The notes under the pieces are model-generated. The model saw only the letters and a program-made list of their open reading frames with translations. It was not told the origin of the DNA and did not search any database. This document shows positions 1 to 9,110 of a DNA stretch of 64,000 nt, piece after piece. The stretch covers positions 289 through 64,288 of the forward strand of contig JADJRW010000007.1 of NCBI GenBank assembly GCA_016712025.1, in the 5' to 3' direction. The position numbers and the translations under genes are program-made. Origin of the DNA: Flavobacteriales bacterium (GTDB lineage: Bacteria; Bacteroidota; Bacteroidia; Flavobacteriales_F; PHOS-HE28). Each line of letters begins with the position of its first letter. The stretch's first letter is position 1.

Positions 1-517
1 CGCGCTCGATGGGCCCGGCGCACAGTTGTGGGAAGAAACTGATGAAGGCCATGAAGGCCGCGATATCATGCACCGGTTCGATGCGTTTGCGGTACACATC
101 GATCGTATAGCTCAGGGCCTGGAAGGTGTAGAAGCTGATGCCCACCGGCAGGATCACGTCCAGCAACACAGGGTTCGCGCTGAAGCCGAACCGGGCCATC
201 AGGTCAGCGAATTGGTGCGAGAAGAAATCGAAGTATTTGAAGGTGCCGAGCGTACCCAGATTGCCGATCAGGCTGATGGCCAGCAACCAGCCTGGCGCTG
301 CCGGATCCTGGGTACGTCCGAGCGCCAGGGCCACGAAGTAGTCCGTGAGGCTGGTGGCGATGAGCAATAGCAGGAAGCGGGGGTCCCACCAGCCATAGAA
401 CAGGAAGCCCGCCGCGATCAAGACGATGTTCTGGGCGCGGAGACGCTGCCGTAGCGCCCAGTAAAGAGCGAACACCAGCGGCAGGAACACCGCGAAGACA
501 AGCGAATTGAACAGCAT
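1..517 (-). CDS. MBOAT family O-acyltransferase (AlgI/DltB-like), N-terminal ~172 aa; the rest lies beyond the window start
   Basis: Absent from the ORF track because it has no stop inside the window. My own reverse-strand translation from ATG (517-515) gives MLFNSLVFAVFLPLVFALYWALRQRL...FYGWWDPRFLLLLIATSLTDYF...ILPVGISFYTFQALSYTIDVYRKRIEP. These are conserved MBOAT/AlgI N-terminal blocks. Confidence 0.85.
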   Translation of the reverse strand, partial: MLFNSLVFAVFLPLVFALYWALRQRLRAQNIVLIAAGFLFYGWWDPRFLLLLIATSLTDYFVALALGRTQDPAAPGWLLAISLIGNLGTLGTFKYFDFFSHQFADLMARFGFSANPVLLDVILPVGISFYTFQALSYTIDVYRKRIEPVHDIAAFMAFISFFPQLCAGPIER

Positions 518-597
518 ACGGCCTGCGAAAGTCGCGAAAGATGGATGGACGCACCAGTCCCGGTCGCTCGCGGGGGCGGAGGGCCCCGCGGGCCCCC

Positions 598-629
598 GGG
601 GGGGGGGGCGCCCGGGAAAGGGGGGGGGG
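598..629. repeat. Two homopolymeric G tracts (G11 at 598-608, G10 at 620-629) inside an almost pure G/C spacer (about 560-650)
   Basis: Read directly: ...gggcccccggggggggggg cgcccgggaaa gggggggggg cccgccccgggg. The tracts lie between the divergent MBOAT start (517) and the DUF4834-like start (657). Confidence 0.9.
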
Positions 630-656
630 CCCGCCCCGGGGCTACTTTCGCGGGCC

Positions 657-890
657 ATGCTCCTGCTCTCGGCGAACGGCACGCTGCGCACCATTCTGGT
701 CCTGTTGATCATCTGGCTGGTGCTGCGCATGGTGCTGCGCTTCCAAAAGGAACGCCAGCGACCGGGTATGCACCGGGCAGAACGCGACGGGCGATCACCC
801 GGCGAAGTGCGCATTGAACACCCGGACGGGAACACCCGCTCCCACGGCGGGGGCAACGTCATCGACGTCGACCACGAAGAGATCCGCTGA
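657..890 (+). CDS. Small membrane protein, DUF4834-like
   Basis: ORF 507..890 trimmed to ATG 657. The upstream part is a G/P/R-rich translation of the poly-G spacer. Sequence MLLLSANGTLRTILVLLIIWLVLRMVLRF... has one N-terminal TM helix, a basic linker and the acidic tail ...GGNVIDVDHEEIR. This resembles the Bacteroidota DUF4834 pattern (...YVDYEE-I/V-K/R). Confidence 0.5.
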   Translation: MLLLSANGTLRTILVLLIIWLVLRMVLRFQKERQRPGMHRAERDGRSPGEVRIEHPDGNTRSHGGGNVIDVDHEEIR

Positions 891-900
891 ACCACACCGC

Positions 901-3690
901 ATGAAGTCTTTCGACCTGAAACGTGCGTGGCCCTACCTGGCCATCATCGCCTTGTTCTATACCCTCAGTCTGGCCTACTTCAGCCCCGTGCTGGAAGGCA
1001 AGCAACTGGTGCAGGGTGACAAGCGCAATTGGCAAGGCATGGCGCAGGAAATGTTGGAGCACCAGGAGGAGTTCGGCGTCTATCCGCGTTGGACGGGCAG
1101 CATGTTCGGAGGTATGCCGTCCTACCAGATCATCGGCGATACCGAACACAACTTGCTGCACGTGGTGGACGATCTGTTCCACGGGTTCCTGCCCCGTCCG
1201 GCCAGTTTCCTCTTCCTGTACCTCGCGGGCATGTTCATCCTGCTCTCCTGCCTGGGGGTGGGGCCATGGCTTTCGCTGGTCGGTGCGCTGGCCTATGCGT
1301 TCTCCTCCTACTTCTTCGCGGTTTTGGAGGCCGGCCACAACAGCAAGGCGAACGCCATCGGCTACATGCCCATGGTGTTGGCCGGGGTGTACCTGGTGTA
1401 TCGAGGGCGCAAGTGGTTGGGTGCGGCGCTGCTGGCCTTGTTCATGGGGCTGCAGATCATGATGAACCACGTGCAGGTCACCTACTACCTCGGCATGGTG
1501 ATCGTGCTGTTCGTCCTGGCCGAAGCTGTGCGTGCGGTCCGGGAGCGCGCTCTGCCCGACTTTCTCACGCGTTCCGGCCTGGCCGCCGTGGCGGTTGTGC
1601 TCGCCTTGTTGTGCAACACAGGCTTGCTCTGGAGCACTTGGGAATATGGCAAGTACACCACACGTGGAGCGAGCGAACTGACCATCAAGCCCGATGGGAG
1701 CCCGGCTTCCGACATACGCACCGGTGGGCTCGATCGCGATTACGTGACCCAATGGAGCTATGGCAAGCAGGAGTCCTTCACACTGTTGATCCCCGATGCC
1801 AAAGGCGGACCCACAGGTGCTATCGGCAACGATCCGGACGCCCTCGCCAAAGCCGACCCCCGATTCCGAGAGAACCTGGGCCGCATGAACCGTTACTGGG
1901 GCGATCAGAGCTTCACCTCCGGACCGGTCTATGTCGGGGCCTTGGCGCTCCTGTTGATGCTCTTATTGATCATGACCGCCGAAGCGCGCGCACGCTGGTG
2001 GGCGCTTGGGGCCTTGGTGCTCATCGGCGCATTGCTCGCCGTGGACGCTCCATTGCTCGCCGGAGCGATGGTCATCGCCTACCTGCTCGCCGGCTTGTAC
2101 TGCTGGCGCGATCCATTGCCCTATGCCCTTTTCAGCGGGCTGGTGCTCACCTTGTTGCTTTCCTGGGGCCACAACTACATGCCGCTCACTGACTTCTTCC
2201 TGGACCATGTGCCGGGTTACAACAAATTCCGGGCGGTCACCATCATCCTCGTGATCGTGGAATTGGCGGTGCCGGTGTTGGGGGTCCTGTTCCTGCACCG
2301 GTTGCTGCGCGATGGGGCCTGGGAAAAAGCCCTGGAACGAAGAGCGCTGATCACCTGTGGCGTGCTCGCATTGGCTTTGGTGGCGATGGCCAGCGCACCC
2401 GGTTCCTTCTTCGACCTCCTGAGCGATATGGAACGCAGTGGTTTCAACGAACAACTGGAGGCCAACCCAAAGTCGGAAGCCCAGCTGGTGGCGGTGGTGG
2501 ATGCGTTGAAGGAGGTCCGCGCCGGCATCTTCAGCGCGGATGCCTGGCGGAGTTTCGCGTTCGTCGTGGCCGGTGGTGCCTTGGTCTTTTTCTATGGGCG
2601 TCGCAAGATGCCCTTGGCCGCCTTCCTGGGGGGCGTGGGCGCTTTGATCCTCATCGATCTCTGGACCGTGGACAAGCGCATGGTGAACAACGACAAGGAC
2701 CGCGGCCGCTACCTGCAATGGGAGGACCCTTCCGCTGCGGCGCACCCTTTCGCACCCACCAAGGCCGACATGGCCATCCTGCAGCAGGAGGAGACCGACG
2801 CCTCACGCGCGGAGTACGCGAAGCGACTGGACGCGCGAAAAGCACTGCGCGCCCGGGGGAAGGGCCCGGCCAGAAAGGTGACGGAGCTCGAGGAAGTGGT
2901 GATGCGCTTCGGTAGCGTGCGGCGCCATTCGCACTACCGCGTGCTTTCGCTGAACAATCCTTTCAACGATAGCCGGGTCAGCTATTTCCACAAGAGCCTC
3001 GGCGGCTACCACGGCGCCAAACTGAAGCGTTACCAGGATCTCATCGAGTTCCACATCGCCCCGGAATATTCCGAAGTGCTCTCCCTGTTGCAGGCGGGCA
3101 CCGATCCAGCCAGCGTCGCCGCCGTGCTGGCAAGGCAGCCGGTGCTGAACATGTTGAACGCGCGCTACCTGATCGGATCTCCGGACCAAGCTCCCATCCG
3201 AAACCCGAACGCACTCGGCCCGGCGTGGTTCGTGCGGGATGTGCAATGGGCCAAGGACGCCGATACGGAGATCCAGGCGGTCGGTGGCATCGATCCCAGC
3301 ATTTCTGCGGTGGTGGATGAGCGCTTTCGCAGCACACTGAAAGGCGATGGCAATACCGATACGCTCGCGCAGGTGACGCTCACCGAATACCGCGCGGACC
3401 GGCTCACCTACACCACGCGCTCCGCGAGCGGTGGGGTGGTGGTCTTCAGCGAGATCTGGTACGGGCCGGACTGGCATGCCAGCATCGATGGCGCGCCTGC
3501 CGAACATGTACGGGCCGACTATGTGTTGCGTGCGATGGACCTTCCTCCGGGCGAGCACACGGTCGTGTTCCAACTCGAGAGCAAGACCACCGCCACCGGG
3601 GGGAAGGTCACGTTGGCAAGCTCCGCGCTGCTCCTCCTACTGGTGTTGGGCGCGCTCTTCGGCGAATGGCGCCGCGCGCGGTCCGCATGA
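901..3690 (+). CDS. YfhO family polytopic membrane protein (putative extracytoplasmic glycosyltransferase)
   Basis: ORF 814..3690 trimmed to ATG 901 (MKSFDLKRAWPYLAIIALFY...). It has many TM segments. The N-terminal block YFSPVLEGKQLVQGD...WTGSMFGGMPSYQI is typical of Bacteroidota YfhO proteins. Its stop overlaps the next start (ATGA at 3687-3690). Confidence 0.75.
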   Translation: MKSFDLKRAWPYLAIIALFYTLSLAYFSPVLEGKQLVQGDKRNWQGMAQEMLEHQEEFGVYPRWTGSMFGGMPSYQIIGDTEHNLLHVVDDLFHGFLPRPASFLFLYLAGMFILLSCLGVGPWLSLVGALAYAFSSYFFAVLEAGHNSKANAIGYMPMVLAGVYLVYRGRKWLGAALLALFMGLQIMMNHVQVTYYLGMVIVLFVLAEAVRAVRERALPDFLTRSGLAAVAVVLALLCNTGLLWSTWEYGKYTTRGASELTIKPDGSPASDIRTGGLDRDYVTQWSYGKQESFTLLIPDAKGGPTGAIGNDPDALAKADPRFRENLGRMNRYWGDQSFTSGPVYVGALALLLMLLLIMTAEARARWWALGALVLIGALLAVDAPLLAGAMVIAYLLAGLYCWRDPLPYALFSGLVLTLLLSWGHNYMPLTDFFLDHVPGYNKFRAVTIILVIVELAVPVLGVLFLHRLLRDGAWEKALERRALITCGVLALALVAMASAPGSFFDLLSDMERSGFNEQLEANPKSEAQLVAVVDALKEVRAGIFSADAWRSFAFVVAGGALVFFYGRRKMPLAAFLGGVGALILIDLWTVDKRMVNNDKDRGRYLQWEDPSAAAHPFAPTKADMAILQQEETDASRAEYAKRLDARKALRARGKGPARKVTELEEVVMRFGSVRRHSHYRVLSLNNPFNDSRVSYFHKSLGGYHGAKLKRYQDLIEFHIAPEYSEVLSLLQAGTDPASVAAVLARQPVLNMLNARYLIGSPDQAPIRNPNALGPAWFVRDVQWAKDADTEIQAVGGIDPSISAVVDERFRSTLKGDGNTDTLAQVTLTEYRADRLTYTTRSASGGVVVFSEIWYGPDWHASIDGAPAEHVRADYVLRAMDLPPGEHTVVFQLESKTTATGGKVTLASSALLLLLVLGALFGEWRRARSA

Positions 3691-4963
3691 AGCGGGTACT
3701 GATCATCACCTACTACTGGCCGCCCAACGGTGGCGCCGGCGTTTACCGCTGGCTGAAGTTCAGCAAGTACCTCCCCGAGCACGGATGGCAGCCCGTGATC
3801 TACACTCCGGAGAACCCCGAATCCGTGGCGGACGATCCGGGTTTGCTGCGCGATGTGCGCGCCGACATCGAAGTGATCAAGCACCCCATCACCGAACCCT
3901 TCAACCTCTACAAACGCTTCACGGGGCGCGGCCGGAACGAGAAGGTGCAGGTGGGGTTCCTCAACGAGAAGAAGCAAGGTGGTTGGAAGGAGGATCTGGC
4001 GCTCTGGGTGCGGAGCAACTTCTTCATCCCCGATGCACGGGTGTGGTGGGTGCGGCCCTCCATCGCGTTCCTGAAGAATTACTTGCGCGAACATCCAGTG
4101 GACGTGATCATCACCACCGGACCACCGCACAGCATGCACCTCATCGGCCTTGGCCTGCAACGTGCCCTGGGGTGAAATGGATCGCCGACTTCCGCGACCC
4201 TTGGACGGACATCGATTTCTACAAGCAACTCAGCCTGACGCGTTGGGCCGATGCGCGCCACAAGCGACTGGAGCGTTCCGTGTTGCGCGAGGCCGATCGT
4301 GTCGTTACGGTAAGCTGGCATTGGGCCGAAGACCTGCAACGGCTCGGTGGCCGACCGGTGGCGGTGATCACCAACGGCTTCGATCCGCACGATGTGCCCA
4401 AACCTGCCGAACCGGTGGACGATGCTTACAGCCTGGTACACATCGGCTCGCTCTCCCCATCGCGCAACGCACCCGAACTATGGCGGGCCCTGCGCGCGCT
4501 CTGTGATAGTGATCCGGCGTTCGCTGCGAAGTTCAAGCTGCGCTTCGTAGGTCCAGTGGACCATACCATCGCGCAGAGCGTGGCGGACGCAGGACTCGCC
4601 GATCACCTGGAACGGATCGGGCGCGTGAGCCATGACGAAGCCATGCGCCACATGCAGCGTGCCCGCGTGTTGTTGTTGCTGGTGAACGATACACCCAACC
4701 TGTTGGGCATTCTGCCGGGCAAAGTGTTCGAGTACCTATCGGTGGGCCGGCCCATACTGGCGATCGGGCCGGTGAAGGGGGATGTGGCCAGGGTGCTGGC
4801 AGATGCCTCACACTTGGTGATCGATCGGGCTGCTGTCACCTATGCGCAGAGCCGCATCCGGGAGATATTCACCGGACTTCCGGGGTCCACAACGGAGATC
4901 TATTCGCGGCGCGGCTTGTCCGGCCAGGTCGCGGAGCTCCTCGTGACGTTGGCTGATGCTTGA
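3687..4963 (+). CDS. Glycosyltransferase, GT-B fold (GT4-like), with one apparent frameshift
   Basis: The N-terminal half is ORF 3666..4175 from ATG 3687 (MKRVLIITYYWPPNGGAGVYRWLKFSKYL...TTGPPHSMHLIGLGL). The C-terminal half is the tail of ORF 3431..4963 (VKWIADFRDPWTD...LPGKVFEYLSVGRPILAIG). The frames meet at ccctgggg-tga (4165-4175). One extra G would read ...ALGVKWIADF. Confidence 0.75.
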
Positions 4964-5013
4964 TCGATCCATGCTTATGCCGACAGCTACTTTCGCCGAC
5001 CATCAAGCGGATC

Positions 5014-5781
5014 ATGAACGATCTTGAACGATACTTCCATTCCAACCAGGGGAGGTTGATCCACAAGTGGATGCACTCCTTCGATGTGTATGACCGCCAC
5101 TTCGCCCGTTATCGGGGAAAAGAGGTCGTGATCTTGGAGATCGGCGTTTTCCAGGGCGGGAGCTTGCAGATGTGGAAGAACTACTTCGGCGACAAGGCGA
5201 GGATCTTCGGGATCGACATCAACCCCCGGTGCAAGGAACTCGAAGAGGAGCGTATCAAGATCTTCACCGGTTCGCAATCCGATCGGGCGTTCCTCAGGAA
5301 GGTGAAGAGCGAGCTACCTCCGATCGATATCCTGATCGACGATGGCGGCCATACGATGCGGCAGCAGATCGTGAGCTTCGAGGAACTTTACGACGCGGTG
5401 AAGCCCGACGGTGTGTATCTCTGCGAGGACCTGCATACTTCCTACTGGCTGCAGTATGGTGGCGGGGATCGTCGGCCAGGGACCTTCATCGAATACAGCA
5501 AGCGGCTCATCGACAAGCTCAATGCATGGCATTCGGAAGAGCGCAGCCTTCAAGTGGACGGATTTACGCGCAGTGCTGCGTCGATCCACTTCTACGATAG
5601 TATCGCGGTGATCGAGAAGCAGCCGCGGTCCGCGCCCGAGCACCGCAAGACCGGAACACCGAGTTTTCAGGATCCGCCCGTCACGATCCGCGGTATTTTT
5701 GGGAAGATGAAGCTGGGTACGCTTCGCACCACGAACAAAGTGCTCCGCGCATTTGGTCTGCCCAGCGTGATCTGGAGATAG
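5014..5781 (+). CDS. Class I SAM-dependent methyltransferase (CmcI/TylF-like sugar O-methyltransferase family)
   Basis: ORF 4960..5781 trimmed to ATG 5014 (MNDLERYFHSNQGRLIHKWMHSFDVYDRHF...). It carries the SAM-binding block VVILEIGVFQGGSLQMW...IFGIDINP...ILIDDGGH. Confidence 0.7.
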   Translation: MNDLERYFHSNQGRLIHKWMHSFDVYDRHFARYRGKEVVILEIGVFQGGSLQMWKNYFGDKARIFGIDINPRCKELEEERIKIFTGSQSDRAFLRKVKSELPPIDILIDDGGHTMRQQIVSFEELYDAVKPDGVYLCEDLHTSYWLQYGGGDRRPGTFIEYSKRLIDKLNAWHSEERSLQVDGFTRSAASIHFYDSIAVIEKQPRSAPEHRKTGTPSFQDPPVTIRGIFGKMKLGTLRTTNKVLRAFGLPSVIWR

Positions 5782-5859
5782 GCCAGCTAGCATGGAACGG
5801 TCCACATCTCGGCCCGTTGGACCACACCCCATAGCGGCACGTCCGTACTTTTCCCGCTG

Positions 5860-7340
5860 ATGGGCATCATCGCCAGGCAGGCCGCGCTCAACACGCTGCT
5901 CTCATACGTGGGCATCGGCTTGGGCTTCGTCAATGTGGTCCTGCTCTACCCCAAAGTGCTCGCGGCGGATGAGTTCGGCCTCACGCGATTAATGGTTTCC
6001 ATCGCGACCATCGCCGCGCAAGTGGCTCAGCTGGGCGCGGAGAACACCGTGATCCGGTACTTCCCGTATTTCCGTGATCCGGAGCGCAACGATCGCGGAT
6101 TGTTGGGGATGCTCTTGTTGTTCGGCACCGCGGTGGGGCTGCTGGCCATGTTGGTGATCGGAGTGTTCCACGGGCTTCTCTCCGAGGTCTTTTCGGATCG
6201 CAATGCGCTGTATGGCCGATATGGTCTGCTCGTGCTTCCCCTAGTGCTGTCTGAAGTCTATTTCATTCTCTTAAGGAGCTATAGCCGATCGCTACGACGG
6301 ACGGTGCAACCGGGTTTCATCCGGGAATTCGTGTTGCGTATCCTACAGACCGGTCTCATCCTTTTCCAGGCCTGGAAGCCCATGCCGTTCACCTGGTTCA
6401 TGGTGTTGTACACAGCCCTGTTCCTGATCTGCACCGCCGCCCTCGCCGCCGATCTTTTTCGGGCCGGCTTCTTCAAACTGGGTTGGTCAGAGCGTTGGTT
6501 GCCACGCAGGTTGCGCCGAAGTATGATCACCTACAGTGGCTTCACACTTTCGGCGAGCATAGCGGGGATCGTGCTCGGGAACATGGACCAATTGATGATC
6601 GGCGCGTTGCTTACCGACGGGCTGCGCTACGTGGCGCACTATGCGGTGGGCTTCTACTTCGGGTCGGTCATCGCCGCGCCGGGGCGGCTTTGGGCCAGGT
6701 CGCGGTGCCGTTGCTCGCCGATGCGTGGAAGCGGAACGACCAAGGTGATGATCGCCGATCTCTATCGTCGCTCGGCATTGGTCCAAACAGTGATCAGTGG
6801 GTTCCTTTTCTCTTGCTGTGGACTTGTGTGGACGACCTGTTTCCTCCTCCTGCCCGCCGAGTACGCCTCCGCCGCGGGGGTAGCGGTGCTCATCGGTCTC
6901 GCTTATCTGCTCACCAGTGCCATCGGACTGAGCGCGGGCATCATCAGTATGTCGCGGGCCTACCATTTGGACGCGTGGTCAGCCTGGTCATGTTGCTGGT
7001 GAACTTGATCGCGAACTTTTTCCTGATCCGCAAGTTCGGCATCATCGGTTCGGCTTGGGCAACGCTCCTGGCGTTGACGGTGCTGAACGCCTACCGCACC
7101 CACTTCCTGCGGCGGAGATTCGGTCTCTGGCCGTTCAGCGTGGGTACGGCAAAGGTCGCGGTGCTATTGATCGTCATCGGCTGCCTGATGACCCTCCTAC
7201 CTGCCATGGGCGGTGTATGGATGGACATGATCCTTCGTGCCGTTCTTATCTCGGCACTGTTCTGGCCTGGCGTCTATTTCCTAGGCCTCGTTCCGGACCT
7301 GGTGGTAATGGTCAAGAACGGCGGACGCAGGTCGGCGTAG
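5860..7340 (+). CDS. Wzx-type oligosaccharide flippase (polysaccharide biosynthesis protein, MOP superfamily), with three apparent frame changes
   Basis: ORF 5860..7002 and ORF 6483..7340 are two frames of one multi-TM protein. The segment ALGQVAVPLLADAWKRNDQG is in the second frame between about 6680 and 6750. The tail VVSLVMLLVNLIANFFLIRKFGIIGSAWATLLA... switches frame at about 6965-6975. Confidence 0.7.
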
Positions 7341-7343
7341 AGT

Positions 7344-8324
7344 TCAAAGGAAGATGTCCCGGAGCAGCGTGTAGACTCCATTGTAGTGCCGGTCGTAGGC
7401 GCCACGGCGATGGATCCTCAGCGCAGCCCTTATCCTGGCCAGGGTGGGCAACGTTCGAAGATCCCGTCTTTGTTCGGATAGGTGCAATAGTTCCTTCAGG
7501 GCTTCGAGCAGCATAGGCGAGAAAGTTGCGCCGAAGCGCTGGGCTTGCGTGATGGCCAAGCGGTAGCGCATCACGAAATGGTCGGCTTCCTGGGCGCGCA
7601 CCGCACGCAGGTATTGCCGCCGAAGCGCTGCGGAGAAAGGGTTGAACCGAACAGCTCCCGATGCGTTGCGCCCATGGAACCGGTGCAGGATAAGTGGTTC
7701 CAGGACCACCTCGACAGGTCCAAGGCCAAGCGCGAAAAGCGCGGCCCAGTGATCATGGCCCCAGTAGTGCGCGAACGCGGGATCGCTCTCCCCGAACAGG
7801 CGCCGCGCGAAAGCGCCGTCCAACGCCATGGTGCAGCCCTTTATGTCGGGGTTGGCGGCGATCTCCTGCGCATCGCGAGCAGCCCCCAGGGCGAGGTGGG
7901 CCTTGTTGCGCGTGCTGAAGATGGAGCGGCCGTCCGGCTGAAGTGCGGCGTTGGTGATCGAACCATCCGAATACGCCATCAACAGCCCTGGGCGGTCGGT
8001 GAAGCACTTCAGAAGGACACCGATCTTGTGCGCGTGCCAGCTATCGTCCTGGTCCGCGAAGAGGACGATGTCTCCGGTGCTTCCCAGCACCGCGCGCACG
8101 AAGGTCAGTGTGGCTCCGATATTCCTTTCATTGCGCAGCACCTCCACCCGCAAGGAGGGATGCTTCGCGGCGATGGCGTTGAGCACTTCCATTGTCCCGT
8201 CGCTCGATCCATCGTCGACCACGAGCAGTTCATCCGGCGGGCGCTCGTTCGTCAGGATGCTGTCGACCTGCTCCTGCACGTAGGCCGCACCATTGTAGGT
8301 GGCCATCACCACCGAGACCGTCAT
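7344..8324 (-). CDS. Glycosyltransferase family 2
   Basis: ORF 7344..8354, with the likely start at MTVSVVMATYNGAAYVQEQVDSIL (8324). It has DDGSSDGT and the DxD-type motif FADQDD. Confidence 0.8.
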   Translation of the reverse strand: MTVSVVMATYNGAAYVQEQVDSILTNERPPDELLVVDDGSSDGTMEVLNAIAAKHPSLRVEVLRNERNIGATLTFVRAVLGSTGDIVLFADQDDSWHAHKIGVLLKCFTDRPGLLMAYSDGSITNAALQPDGRSIFSTRNKAHLALGAARDAQEIAANPDIKGCTMALDGAFARRLFGESDPAFAHYWGHDHWAALFALGLGPVEVVLEPLILHRFHGRNASGAVRFNPFSAALRRQYLRAVRAQEADHFVMRYRLAITQAQRFGATFSPMLLEALKELLHLSEQRRDLRTLPTLARIRAALRIHRRGAYDRHYNGVYTLLRDIFL

Positions 8325-8363
8325 GACGAAGTGGGCTTTGGATCGAGAACACATAGCCCATGG

Positions 8364-8997
8364 TCACGAAGTCGTTGACATAGGGATCAACAACAAAGGG
8401 AACAGCGCATAGGTGATCAGCATGTTCACTTTCCAGAAGCGCTTCGTTTCGAAGAACCGGAAGTTGCGTTTCAGCAGGCGCAGCTCACCTTCGGGGCAGT
8501 CGCGGAGGAATTCCGGAAGGTTACGCCACACGATCACCGTGCGATGCGTCTTGTCGAAGATGCCGCGTTCATTGCGCTGCCATTTGCGCGTAAGGAATAC
8601 CAGAGCGTGTGCCAGTGCCCGTAGTTCGGTACCGACACGACGATCCGTCCGCCCGGCTCCCGGCGTAGAGTGATCCCGCGATCTCCTGAACTTCACGGTA
8701 TGTTGAGCACATCACCCGCGTTTCACATGGTCGAAGCGGAGGTCCGTGAGCGCGGTCCTGACCTTCTATGCGATCCAGATCCATGCACCAGCCTTTTTCC
8801 AAGACGGGTAGGGCTTGTTCCGGCGCCTTCGCGTTGATCTCCAACCCCCACACCCTGGCGTTCGGGTGACGCTGTTTCAGCGCGCGGGCCACAGCACCAT
8901 TGTTGCAGCCCACATCGAGCACGCGTTCAGGTGCATGCAATGGGCGCAGAAGATCCGGTCGTGGGCCCTGGTAGGAGGAATTGTCGTGGACCTTCAT
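8364..8997 (-). pseudogene. Class I SAM-dependent methyltransferase, disrupted by at least 5 frame changes
   Basis: The N-terminus (ORF 8569..8997) contains RVLDVGCNNGAVARALKQRHPNARVWGLEIN. Recognisable pieces then hop between all three frames: LTDLRFDHV / AGDVLNIP / EVQEIAGSL / PGGRIVVSVPNYGHWHTLW / KWQRNERGIFDKTH...(ORF 8364..8696). Confidence 0.55.
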
Positions 8998-9110
8998 CCG
9001 GGCCGTAAAGGTGGCGGATTATCCCCGGCGTGAAGAGGGCGCTGCAAGGTTATGTACCCGATCATGCAAGAGCGAACTCGAGCAAGCACGACCCTGCGAT
9101 CGCCGGTCGA

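Noticed and set aside
859-1752. Long ORFs antisense to clearly assigned genes. Examples: 859..1752(-), 13286..14059(+), 14228..15472(+), 16490..17818(+), 28437..29585(-), 37325..39097(+), 41483..42481(-), 49470..51425(+), 60400..61416(-), 62066..62770(-) in its sprF-antisense part.
   Set aside because: These are typical shadow ORFs of a high-GC genome. Their translations are R/G/P/H-rich and do not look like proteins. Each fully overlaps a gene with strong family-level motifs on the other strand.
507-3690. N-terminal extensions given by the ORF track: 507..656, 814..900, 9111..10205 beyond 10034, 45227..45361, 50935..51180 and 55449..55679.
   Set aside because: The extensions translate spacer or antisense sequence (G/P/R-rich). 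An internal start immediately precedes a canonical signal peptide or conserved N-terminus in each case.
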